A stretch of 64,000 nucleotides of DNA from Ylistrum balloti (lineage: Eukaryota). A program made the position numbers and the translations under genes. The first letter of the stretch is position 1. Each line of letters begins with the position of its first letter. Under the pieces are notes generated by a model, which worked only from the letters and a program-made list of their open reading frames with translations, had not been told where the DNA came from and did no database searches. This document shows positions 12,930 to 24,959 of the stretch, piece by piece. Where the stretch lies: positions 248,001-312,000 of the forward strand of contig NW_026782060.1 in NCBI RefSeq assembly GCF_031769215.1. The letters are read 5' to 3'.

Positions 12930-13060
12930 TTTAATTAAACCCAAAATTCGATAACGTTTGGGCAAGTTCAGAACAAAAGACAAATTAACACGTATATCAA
13001 TGAACAAATATATTGAGAATAAGACCAGGTGTTCTGAGATGGTAAGCATCTGCTGCTTCA
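12930..13060 (-). repeat. Interspersed repeat fragment, homologous to 21780-21910
   Basis: The reverse complement aagcagcagatgcttaccatctcagaacacctggtcttatt aligns with aagcagaagacgctcactcttccgaaacacctggtcttatt at about 21807. Confidence 0.7.
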
Positions 13061-14562
13061 TTGACGACGTCCGCTATGTATACCTATGTCCGTCGATATG
13101 CATAAAGTCACGTTTCAAAATCAGAACAAAGAATACAGCAAATCAACAACCAGACACACACGTTCAACCTCATATTGCATATTACATTTCCCTATGAGAT
13201 CTTTATAACAACCATAAATGTCTATGTAATCTTCATCGCACTGTAATATTAAGAAGAAGCTCTTGAATATCGAAACAACTGCGGCATGTGGGGAAGCAGA
13301 TAGGTCGATATTTAGAAAGGGAAATACCATAATAAGGAAATCAGTATCATCAGGCTTATCAGGCGGACGCAGGAAAGTCCTTATTAATTTCGTTAAGGGA
13401 AATATCGATTTAAGCGGCTGTAGTAGAAAAGTTTGGCATGTCCGTGATTTCCAGTTTTGGACATGATCAATAAAATTGTTATATATCTAAGACATAATCA
13501 ATATATTAAAAACATGAAATTTGTGAGTTGTTTTGAAACATTACCGATAAATTTGCGAGGGGCAGAAGGGCACAGGAGGGCACATAAATGAAAACAAACT
13601 TTAATGTAATCTGTTAAGACAGATCGAAATAAAAAAAAAAAACGAAGAAACAATAAGACTAGCTGTCTGAAGAATGTCTTCGAGATTAAATGTCTTGACT
13701 CATAACCAAAGTACAATACACATGGTGGATGACCTTCCTATCGACTATACGCCCTTGACTTTGAATGTAGCTGTATATTACCTATGGGCTTAGTCTTAAT
13801 ATGATTAGCCTGATTGTTAAAGCATATTCTATTGCCAAGACAAATTGCAATAACGAACACGTTTTTACCTGAATAAATAACAAAATAAATAAACAGGCAA
13901 ATAGAGAATATTTCGCTTTTTAGAGGTTCTACAGAGGAATCCGTTGAAGAACTGTTCAGGTTAAAGTCATACGGAATTTTTTCATTTTTATCATTTATCC
14001 ATGCATGGCTATCTATATCTGTCTATATGTGCTCTCATGTACATTGTGCGTATAGAAAAGACAGTAGTTATGGTGGGATGAAAACCATTAGTACATTTGT
14101 CCAGATTTTTAACCGATATAAAGTTTTCTTCAACGTAGTCCTAAGACTGTGATGAGACAGGTGTCAAACCGATAAGCTAAAACAAACCACAAAGTAAACA
14201 AATAAATGAAAAAATATATCTCAGGGTATTTTAAAGAGATTATTATATGTTCATGTTTACGGATGCCCCTAGGTGATTTAGAGAGTGTGACTTTTGAAGT
14301 CTCAAAGTTTTAACATCAACGCTGTGGTAATAGGACCAATACACTTGTGTATATGACATTTAGTAACCTACATATTGCCTTAAGTGTTGAAATGCGACCC
14401 GAGTCTGATACCTATTACAAATTAGTCAGATACCATAGGAGCAGACGACAGCGCGGCGGTAAAGTTACCTTCCGAGTGGTAGTGTAGTAACAACAGTCAG
14501 TATAATATACATCATCTCTCAGTGCTGCATTCACCAGAAATATCGCATTTACTTCCTACAAC

Positions 14563-17500
14563 ATGGAGGATACAGTCAATGTGTTGATTGCCATGGACGG
14601 AAGCGAACATGCCAAATTTGCATTTAATTGTGAGTATGATATTTATCTTGTGCTTGGACTAGAAACACTAAAGCTGGGATTTTTTTATGCTTTGCTATAC
14701 TTTGTTTATTCAGTAATAGCCACATGACTGTCAAACGTTAAGACCAGTTTCTGTATCATTAACACAAAATGTAGATGGTGTGCTAAACAACTCGATGTCT
14801 CAGCCAAAATAGATTACTAAATCACGGTGTACGTCATAATAAAGACAAGGACCCTCTAGAAAATCCAGACACTGTTATTGTCGTACAGTTACGTGTTACT
14901 AAATATTCAATTTCCTGTCGTGTACGTTGGTAAACATTAGCCGGAACCTGTGAAAACATGCTGTAATACATATGGCTTAAGTAAGAAAGTAACTCTTAAA
15001 AAAGGGAAATATTTGCAATGGATTCTGTTGACTATTGTGTCCCGAAAATAACCAAAATTAAGGGAATATTTTGACAAAATTATATACATTTACAAATGCC
15101 TGCTGCCATTGTAAATAAAATAAGACGTTCATTACTTGAAGTGTATGCACTGTCAACAACATAATTTCATATCTAAAATTAGCTTGTGTTTTGGTAAGGA
15201 AAGCGTTCTAATTAACATATTCATCTTCAATAGTCAAATGTTTTGCGTTATAACGACTTAATGCTTATATGACTGTCATAGCAATTAATCATACAGAGGA
15301 TTTTAAACGGGTTCTTGTTAAATAGCATAGATATATTCCACGGCTGTTTTTTTTTCGCGAGCGCAAATATATATCACATTTAACGGGAAAGCTTTCAACT
15401 TTTTCTTTTGATACATTTTTAATGGAAACCCAAATAAAAAAAGCCGGTCCAAACATGAAATAAAGCGTTATTAAAAAAAAGAGAATGAGGATTAGAGCGC
15501 TCTCAGATATTTTAATGTTACGCTTAACAAAACGACGACGCCTTTGCATGGGAATATTTGATGGAAATCAACTTATTCAACCTAGCTTAATCTGCGTTCG
15601 AACAGGACAATCGATTTATTTGAATGCAATGACTAGAAAACACCACTCTCGTTGGTTAAAAGAAAGAGAGTCATGTCATAACCGGAAAAAACATACCATC
15701 ATTTACATCGTCATTGCAGTGGTGATATAAGAAATCTTGCATCATCACTCCAATGATAATGTATGTTTTTATCTCAATGATATGCCTTAGTCACATTGTA
15801 TATTCGAGGACCTCAACAGTATTGCCTATCAGGATGAGGAACTACTATTGGTCTCAACTAGTGCTTTAGATATATTGTAAACATATTTAAACGATTTATT
15901 TTTCTAGAACCATCAACTCGACATTCAAAAATGCTACATATAACACAGGGAATAAACATTTCTGAGATATTAGGGAAATTGAACCCATCTGTAAAATTTT
16001 GTTTCAAATTGGAACTATATGTGAAGTGAAATACATCAATCACTAGTTTTCCGGAAAACCATTTACTAGAGACAATGGTATTTACAACATTACTATTTAT
16101 ACAAGACATGTGGTTTTCATTGCTCTATAGATTACATGGAGCAGATCCATAGCCCAAAGTTTAACATAGTGATGGTTCATGTGGTAGGCTCGCCCGAGTC
16201 CCTACACAAGACTGAATGGTACAAAGGTAAGTCGGTATATGTCGATATCCTATATGTTTGTGGGAATGCTTCCAATTTTCTAATTAGCCATACACTAACA
16301 TTTTTCAAATGTTAAAGATTTAATATCAATTAATGAAAAATATGATAGGAAAGTTTGTATCGGAAGGTACGAATATTTAATTAGTCGATCCGAAAGAGTA
16401 GTCTCCGAAATGCCATAATAAACAAAGATTTCATAATGGCCATAAAATTATAATATAGCATAACACTCTGACTAACTCAAACATAACGTGTTAGACGAAA
16501 AATAGAAGAAAACAAGAAATAAAATAATGAACGTGCGTGTTGAGGTGTTTGTTTTCTTTGATATTTACAATAAGAATATATATTGGAACCATCCTCGGTT
16601 ATGGAAATAGTCCTATGATGTCAGGAGACGTTACCTTGGAGATATAGTAAATTAGTTATTATAACAGAGTAGCAATAATAGGCTGAGTATATTGGTAAAC
16701 AAATAACCATAACGTTACTGCGGTGGGGCGAAGTAGATGTCGGACACGTGTTATAGCTCATACAGGTCTACAGTAATTTCCATAGCTAACAAGACTACAA
16801 GGTATATTTCACTAACTAGTACGTTTTGATAGAAGACGACCATTATACAGAACATGAATTATGTTTGTTTTTGACGTTTAGGTTCTGAATCTGAATCATC
16901 ATTCAAATAGTGATACACAAAGGTGTCGCCAAACAATTACGCAAAACTTAGATATTAGAGCTTGCAATTTGGTGGCATGACATCCTGCTGGCTGTGTGGT
17001 CTGACAAGGTCCAGGGCTACTTGACTAGAATGACACCGTCTAAACGCTGGTAACGATAGCCTCTCCAAAATGTTAAAAAAAATAAATCAACCTTTAGAAC
17101 ACTGTAGTCTATCTCGTTAGATCATGCATGTTATGGCTCGTTCTGTTCTTGGCTATTACACAATCCCACACGGGAAAAGATTAGGAATTCTATAAAATAA
17201 AAATGAGGCCTGGTGGCATTAACGGTTACCCGAGATAAGCAATATTGAATATAATTGTTTAAAGAGTGAAAAGCTGTCAAGTGCCATGAAAAAGAAATTG
17301 TGACATTGATAATAGTAAGTAAGCGTCAATACATGGATACCATCAAAACTGTCATCATTTAAAGAAATCGTGACATTGATGATAGTAAGCCAGCATTCAT
17401 GCATGCATACCATCCTATCATATATATTTGTTGCATATTTGTTTCGATATTTTCCTCTTTTCTTTCTACAGCTCATGATTCTGATACCATTCATAAGATT

Positions 17501-17973
17501 CTGGAAGAAGAAAAAGCTAAACTCAAAGAAACATTGGAGGGATATGGACAACTCTTAAAAGATGCAGAAGTACGTCCTTTTGACAGTTGCAAATATAGGT
17601 CATACTGTTTCTTATGTCCACCAGAAAGTGTCATTTGATTTTGCGGAGTTAGTGTCTTTGTAACCTCAAGGAAATAAAATGATATTTTTCCTTGTGTTCG
17701 TGTGAGTATTTGCGGATAAAAATGTCATTATTGTCTCATTGACAGGTAGATGGAACTGTACAAAGCATCCACGCTGCACAACCCGGTCGAGGTATCATAC
17801 AGGCAGCGGAAGAGTGTAACGCACAAATGATTGTTACCGGATGTCGTGGTATTGGAAAAGTCCGCAGGACATTGATGGGGAGTGTCAGTGACTATGTCGT
17901 TCATCATGCAACGGTTCCAACATTAGTGTGTCGCCATCCGCGTGAACATCATGGTCACGAACACCATAAATAA
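14563..17973 (+). CDS. Universal stress protein paralog C, 162 aa. Exons 14563-14629, 16131-16226, 17472-17569, 17746-17973
   Basis: MEDTVNVLIAMDGSEHAKFAFNYYMEQIHSPKFNIVMVHVV...GIIQAAEECNAQMIVTGCRGIGKVRRTLMGSVSDYVVHHATVPTLVCRHPREHHGHEHHK*. GT-AG introns with the same phases as B; 489 nt in frame. Confidence 0.95.
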
Positions 17974-18950
17974 AGGATGTGTCAACATTATACAGCAGTC
18001 ACGTGCTTACATCGGGAAATACATGTACTCTAAAATGGCACTTTTCATGTTGGCTAAAGGGTTTCAAAACGTACAATAAAAATGACATTTTATACCACAG
18101 TGAATGCTATTGTCAATAGTATTATTTGTACAGATGAACTATGGAGCCTTGTATTATCTGACATGTCAATTGGAACTGTTCAAGAGTATTCCGTGTGGTC
18201 AGAAATATCAATTATACTACAAAAAATGGCAAATATGATGAACAATTTAGTAAGGAACGCTTTGGACATATATATAACAAATGTTGTTAGTTTAATTATG
18301 AATTATTTTTACAGAATGAAGAAATATGTTTATAGTTAGCTTGTAGGAAAAGTGAACAGATTGAAATGAATAAGAGAATATTCAAATTGCGTACGGTAAG
18401 ATAATGAGCAATCTACAATCTGTACATGACATAGTCATATTGTCCAACCATTTTGCGGGATACAAATTAGACATTGTTAGAATATGAATGACTAATATCT
18501 TCAAACGACTCTTACTCTTCCGGAACACCTAGTCTCTTTATCCTTGCACTTTTTCTGGGGTCTCCGTGAAAATACATTTTTGTTCGTATTTCACCTTAGT
18601 TTTATTGAATTTGAGCTTGGAATATGATTATGTTGACATGTTGTTTTTTCATTCATTATAATGTTTGCAGAACGTTGCCAATTATAGACATGCAGTACAA
18701 AAATATATTACACTTAAAGTCTAGATCTGATTTGCCAGACTATCCATGTTTATTATGTGGACATAAAGTATTCAGTATAGTGAGTCTGAAAGTATTCTAC
18801 GTCAAGCAAATGAAGTTTCATATGCCTAACTCTTTCTGCAGATAACATACATAATGGAGAGAAGATGACTTCAGCAGTTACATAAAAGGATCATGAACTT
18901 AATCTTACATTCGTTTCCATTTTATAAGAAATAGAAACTCTTTGAAATTT

Positions 18951-19079
18951 TGTTTTTAGACTCGCCAAAATACATAACAAGAAAACAATCTTGTTTTTAG
19001 ACTTGTCAAAATACATAACAAGAAAACAATCTTGTTTTTAGACTCGCCAAAATACATAACAAGAAAACAATCTTGTTTT
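18951..19079. repeat. 41-bp tandem repeat, 3 copies, between the convergent USP-C and Kelch genes
   Basis: tgtttttagactcgccaaaatacataacaagaaaacaatct at 18951, 18992 and 19033. Confidence 0.9.
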
Positions 19080-19203
19080 CTCAATCAACAGAAACTCATG
19101 TCAGATCCAATGTTTTTGTACTGTGATTTCTAATATAAAATTCCTTTCATTTGTAAAACAGTCTTTATGCCGATATCGCATGCATCGCACGTTAACGTTA
19201 ATG

Positions 19204-21189
19204 TCAGGTCAAAAATCCTTTAGCATTGGGTGAAAGAATGCACTTTTCCTGTAATATTGACTTTGACACCACTAATGTATATGTAGATTCACATGATTTT
19301 AAAAATTGGATTTTCTCAGAAACTCGCTCTAGCAGTCTGTTTGATATATTAAATCGTTGCAATTCCCACGTTCTGTCCATTTGGAATGGTATCGATCGGG
19401 GGCAGTATTCCTGTATGATATAGAGATATTTCGTGTCGTTTGTCAACGCAGAAGGTTGTAAAACACTATAGCAACTACCCTCGTTCCTTACTGATTTAAT
19501 CTTTGTATATTCTAACTCGTCTTTGTTTACAAAAATGTAGTTCTTTGCAAGAATATAGGTCACATTTCCAATATTCACAGCATTCAAATTTTGATACCTG
19601 AACGGGAGCTGTGTTAAAAGGTATCCTGCCGTGTTTGTTTTTGTGTCAAAGAACTGTGTCATGTTTGAAGGTTCCTTCTTCTCTTGGTCTGTAAACCCGC
19701 CATAGAGGAAGATAATTCTTCCTGAAACACATGCCGCCGCACACAATACCGGAGTTAGGATGTTGCCACATTGTCCCCACGTGTTATCTCCTGGTCTCCA
19801 TGTCTCAACGCGTTCCAGTGCTTCTTCTTTTGGAATGCTGTCTTCTCTATCAAACTGGAAGTCATTACCACCGAGAACATAAATTGAGTCGCTCACACAA
19901 ACCATACAATGACTCATTCGGGCCGTCTTCATCTGTGTGCATGGCAAAATCTTATCGGTCAATCCGTCAAATTTCTGAAAAGTCTTTCTGCCTTGGCCCC
20001 CACTGAAGTAAATTTCACTTTCACCATAACGACAAGTGGCAAAATCATATCCTAGTTTGTACGGGGACGATATCAATGAGTACCACTGTTTACAATCAAA
20101 GCGCCAAGCCCACATACTAGGATTTGTACATGTGAACGTCTGTTTGAATCCGATGACTAAAAGTACCTTTTCGAAGCTGTAGTGCTGACGAAGCGTCGTC
20201 CTGACCGATATCTCGTTCATACGAGTGCTTGGATGCCTTTCATATTTTAGTGCTTCTTTAACAAAAGGTTGAATTGCATGTTCTGTGAAAAAACGGAAGT
20301 TATTTCTAAAGTCAAAATAAAGCTTCTTTGATAAAAATGGCTGTCTAATATGTTGGAATATCTCAGCTAGATATTGTTTACGAATATCTCCGTTATACTC
20401 AAACCATATCCTTGCAGCTTGATAAACCTTGTCTTCATTTGATACATGGAGATTAGGGCTGGATATAAGAAACACCAGTTCCTCTTTATCTAGGCCCCTT
20501 ATATCTTCTTCATTTAGATAACTGAAAGAATGCAACACGTATTCTTCGCATGCTTTGCGAAGGGAATTATACTCAGGGAAATGTCTGGCAATTCTCCAGA
20601 GAGGAATTACATTTAGAATGTCTAACGCTAAAGAAAGCATCATTTCACACATGTGTCTCAGAGATTCAATTCTGAAGAAAACGGAAGCTTCTAGCAATTC
20701 TCTTGCGTCGGTGATGGTGAATCCGTTAAAGCCTTCGTAAATACACATTATCATCTTCCGAATAGTTGTACCTCTAAAACCTGATAGCCAAATCTCTTTT
20801 TGGTCAGTCTCTTTCATTCCTGAGGTAAACATCGACCGAAAATATTCCGAAAAGATTGCAAGAATCGTTTTGTGACATTTGAACTCCATTCCCTCAACAA
20901 ATATTGTGACGTCACATAGCGCGTCATCCTCTCTCAGACAGCTGAATCCTTTATGTACCGCACTTAAAAACGTTTTCTCTGATATTTGCTTTTCCGTTAC
21001 TAAGTTGAGATGCATGTCCCGTATAGGTATCTCTGGAAGATTGGATACCGGAACTTCAGTATCCTCGGAAGTCTCCATGGAAGACTCTTCCCTTCCATCG
21101 TTAAACAATGCTGATTTGATGTTTTCCTGATCTTGTTTACGGACACTGGTAGATCTCGACGATTGCTCCTTAATAACATGTTCAGCCAT
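19204..21189 (-). CDS. Kelch-like BTB-BACK-Kelch protein (putative CUL3 substrate adaptor), about 661 aa in a single coding exon
   Basis: BTB (LCDVTIFVEGMEFKCHKTILAIFSEYFRSMFTSGMKET), BACK (ELVFLISSPNLHVSNEDKVYQAARIW) and Kelch motifs (IYFSGG, MKTARMSHCMVCVSDSIYVLGG, IIFLYGG). The track start at 21210 is a GTG; the first ATG is at 21189. An acceptor ccacag at 21227-21229 implies an upstream exon. Confidence 0.9.
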   Translation of the reverse strand: MAEHVIKEQSSRSTSVRKQDQENIKSALFNDGREESSMETSEDTEVPVSNLPEIPIRDMHLNLVTEKQISEKTFLSAVHKGFSCLREDDALCDVTIFVEGMEFKCHKTILAIFSEYFRSMFTSGMKETDQKEIWLSGFRGTTIRKMIMCIYEGFNGFTITDARELLEASVFFRIESLRHMCEMMLSLALDILNVIPLWRIARHFPEYNSLRKACEEYVLHSFSYLNEEDIRGLDKEELVFLISSPNLHVSNEDKVYQAARIWFEYNGDIRKQYLAEIFQHIRQPFLSKKLYFDFRNNFRFFTEHAIQPFVKEALKYERHPSTRMNEISVRTTLRQHYSFEKVLLVIGFKQTFTCTNPSMWAWRFDCKQWYSLISSPYKLGYDFATCRYGESEIYFSGGQGRKTFQKFDGLTDKILPCTQMKTARMSHCMVCVSDSIYVLGGNDFQFDREDSIPKEEALERVETWRPGDNTWGQCGNILTPVLCAAACVSGRIIFLYGGFTDQEKKEPSNMTQFFDTKTNTAGYLLTQLPFRYQNLNAVNIGNVTYILAKNYIFVNKDELEYTKIKSVRNEGSCYSVLQPSALTNDTKYLYIIQEYCPRSIPFQMDRTWELQRFNISNRLLERVSEKIQFLKSCESTYTLVVSKSILQEKCILSPNAKGFLT

Positions 21190-21779
21190 TGCTAGTATTC
21201 CAAAATGCACTTCTTCATAGTCTAACCTGTGGATTCAAAACATTGAATTGATTTAAAGCCATCTGATTTCCAAAATAAGCTAAACAAGCACCTGGCCTTG
21301 AAACGGCATGGTTAGCTTAAGTTTTAGGGGTAATTACATGTATATAATTGAAAGCATTGATGTTGATTATAAAAATTGCGTCAGGATTTTTACTTGTATT
21401 TCACGTATCTGAACCTCAACATATTATTTTATATGTTACCTGTCTGTTATCTTATACCTACGATGATGTCAATGTCAAACCTTACCATTCTCTAATATTA
21501 TTTATTGTACTAGTGTCACTAGTCGTCGCGCTATATCTTAATATTATCTTTATTTTAATATTTATGACTCATACATATATGTAAGGACACTTGCATGCAA
21601 GTTGATGATATTAAGGGGAAGATTTATGGTCGCCATAGTAATCTCATTGAGAAATATTCTATTTCATTGTGTGACATGAAGCTGGACGTATTAGATGCTC
21701 GTTAGTTTACCTGTTGGTTCCGTCTTTGTATACCTTGTTCTTATCTCAGAACGTGACATTACTTACTTAAATTGACCAT

Positions 21780-21910
21780 TGTTTACATGGCTGGTGTCGT
21801 CGATTAAGCAGAAGACGCTCACTCTTCCGAAACACCTGGTCTTATTTTCCTTGTACTTTTTGCAGGAGTCTCCGTGTCAATCTTTCTTTTGTTCATATTT
21901 TGCCCTAGGT
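21780..21910 (+). repeat. Interspersed repeat fragment, homologous to 12930-13060
   Basis: Direct alignment of the gaagacgctcactcttccgaaacacctggtc core and the downstream T-rich segment. Confidence 0.7.
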
Positions 21911-23099
21911 TTAAGGAATTTGAATTTGAATTATGATGCCATGTTTTTTAAACACACCAGCAAGGAGCATGTAGTGGCCGTGTCTAAAATAACTTTGGGA
22001 ACGAAACCAACGCCAGTAAACATCTTTTATCGTGTAACTGATGAAGTTCCCGTTCATTTCTAATGTGACAGTACCCAGAGGCCAGAATTTGTATGATTGT
22101 TTTAAAATGACGTTACATATGGTATTTATCAATTAATTGTCTTTATTTTTCTCCTGTTTTCTTTTTTATTACAAGATAAAATAATGCATTATGCTAAAGG
22201 AAAATGTTATACACATCAATAATAAAATATTTGCATCCGAAATGTGTTTTTTGTTTATTAAATACAGGCAGTCATGCATAGAGAAAACAAAACACACTTG
22301 CGAAGCCTAGTCAATAATAAATATTTGAATGTTATTCAATACACGTGCAAGTTTAAAGCACCTTTAAATAAAAATTTAGAATTAGATAGTAAATATTTAA
22401 GTAAACTGCATCATATAGCAATTTCGTCCTTCTAGAACCCCTCAAATTGTCAACTGCCTAAATCTACAAGCCTATGAAGCGACTGAGGAAAATCAAAGTT
22501 GGTCGGGAAAATGTCAAGATCTAGAAGGTATACACATACTCCATGTACTCAACAAATTTCGATTTTTTTCACATGTATCATATAAAATGGCACTCGTTTC
22601 AATTCCGAAGTAAGTCTGTTTACAACCTACACGATAGAAAATGCCTTTCCATTCTCATTCTAAACTGTAGGAGTGTTTCTATACAAAATCAGAATTGTGT
22701 GTTTTGAGTCTTGACTTGGTGAAACAAAACCTGGGAAATCTCATACACAAAACCACATCATATTGCCCTCGGAAATGACATTAGCTCTCTCGTGTGTTAA
22801 GACTTTACACTCAAGAAGGATAACACTACTTCCTAACAGATATTAGACATGGTCTGAAACTGTTCGACTATGTGGTTAAAATGTCAGACTGGGCTGAAAG
22901 GAACACGTCCACGTCGGTAAATTTTAATATACCTTAGAAATATGGTCGACATCATCGAGTTAGATATCTCTTTACATACACAGGCTGTTACACTGTGCAG
23001 ATAAACTCTGGAGTGGTCAGACTGTTGGTCCAAATGCACAAGACAGGAATGTCCTACATGCACTGATCGACACAACATCCACCAATGTAATCCAGGTCC

Positions 23100-23960
23100 A
23101 TGAAGTCATCCGCCAAGAAAAAGAACATGCTCGACTTAGTGTTCACTACCAACCACATTAAGTCGATGTTTTCTCGAGCTGTCCGTGAAACAACTTAGTA
23201 AGGACTGCGAGGAAGCCTTCATCTTTATCATCAAGACTTCGGATGTCAAACGTCAAAGGTGTCTGGACTCACTTCAGGGGCAACCATCGCTCACAGTATG
23301 GCGAGAATATCGCGTGTTCTCCAACACGAAAATTCCCTTCATTGATCAACAAGCCTATCAAGAGTCTTAAAGAGAAGGCATCGACTAGAGAAACAAACCA
23401 GGGCAACACCAATCTCTTTTGGCGCTTTAAATCTAAGCAATAGGACAGAATTGGAGCAATCTGTTCTGAAAGACAAACGAACACGACGAATAAGTGATAA
23501 ACCCGCAGAAGTCACGTATTCCTTGTTGATAAACAGCTACAAATCACTGATAAGTATATTCACCACCCAGCAGAAAGTACTACATCCTCAGCATAAGTTG
23601 AAAAGACCAGTCGTTTCTATACACTGGATATAACAATCCTACAATAATTCAGAACATATACCTGAGCGTGATAATATTAAAAAAACAAAAACAAAAACAA
23701 AAAACAAAAACAGAAAAAAGAACTCAAAGGGGATCCTCATGTCGACAACCTTGCGAATAAAGTCAATTCTATACCTGGCAATCTCAAACGGAACACGCAC
23801 CGCCTAAATACATGTATCCATAGTGACAGTATATCCTAGATAGACTACATAGGATAGTGTTATGGAGATGCTCCCATACAAGAACGGTGTTGACAGCAGA
23901 CTGGAATGCATTCAACGCACTGAAGCGAGATTTGTGACAGATAACTACAAGTATACTTTC
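23100..23960 (+). mobile_element. Degraded non-LTR retrotransposon (CR1/L2-like LINE) fragment with internal deletion
   Basis: Broken-frame motifs: KKNMLDLVFTTN (endonuclease end), NTNLFWRFKSKQ*DRIG, DKPAEV..SIFT, and SRLECIQRTEARFVTDNY (typical post-RT motif). Many stops and frameshifts; the RT core is absent. Confidence 0.7.
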
Positions 23961-24928
23961 GGTGAAACGGGAAGTGAAATACAACGCTTTAGAACAGGCA
24001 GTAGAATATCAGGCTTATCTGGCTATCTCTACAAAGTTCTTGGGGGTCAGAGCCAGGTTACCCGCAAATCAGTACTTGAAACAGGCCTACCTATCAAACT
24101 TGTACTTTAAAACTTCAAACTATAGACTCAAAAACTTCATTAAAGAGAGCGTATACAACAAAAACAATATTGTGCGAAACAACAGCAGAGGGTTTCCAAC
24201 CACCGTCATATAAAACAATGAAACAGGAATCCACGTTTGTAGGTAGTACATGTATAATTGACTTGGACGATCTGTTAGTCTCTGCCACCAATTTAAGGGA
24301 GACATCTCGTATACATTTTGAGACTAATCTAAAGGGAATTCATCTCGGGCTATTCAAATTCATTTCAATTAGGATCAAAGTCAGTAAATGCCACGTGTAC
24401 CTGTACAACATAATACGCTCTCTTATTTTAGATATTTCTTGTTTCGAATCAGTTGATGTTTAACTTTCCAATAATGTTTATAACCAGCAAAGAATATGTA
24501 CCGTAACAGAGGTAGTTCGAAGCCAGCGTACTGCATGTTATGAAATCGCTGAATTATTGTTAATTAATTGAATAATGTTAACTTACGTGAAATCAAACTT
24601 ATAACATCATCCTGGCTAGGCATATGTACACACAAATGCCTTTTGCGTCGATTTATAACGAATAAAACTAGCATGAACACACAAATGATCAGAATGTTAT
24701 TGACATACGATGGTGTAATGTTTACACTATATAACTTGGTAACTAGAAGGGAGGTAACTGTTATGGCTAGAATATAGCGTCTATCGAATGCACCTATAAA
24801 TAATAACAAAAAAATAATTTCCTAAGAAAATGTTATCTTTCTATTATTATTTTCAAATATTAATTTGATAGAAATGTACCACTGAGGTAAATCGTATCTA
24901 ATTAAATACGATATTTTTACAGAAATGT

Positions 24929-24938
24929 TCTCGCGAGA
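24929..24938. promoter_or_regulatory. Perfect TCTCGCGAGA palindrome (CGCG/BANP-type promoter motif) 21 bp upstream of the GOSR1 ATG
   Basis: Exact 10-bp palindrome in a CpG-containing promoter. An AACATGGCCG YY1-like motif overlaps the start codon. Confidence 0.6.
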
Positions 24939-24959
24939 GTCCGACACCGTGGAACTAAC

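Noticed and set aside
16385-16420. Third hammerhead-like trace (gatccgaaagagtagtctccgaaatgccata), and a similar one at about 14150
   Set aside because: Too many core and stem mismatches and no shared flanks with the two better copies.
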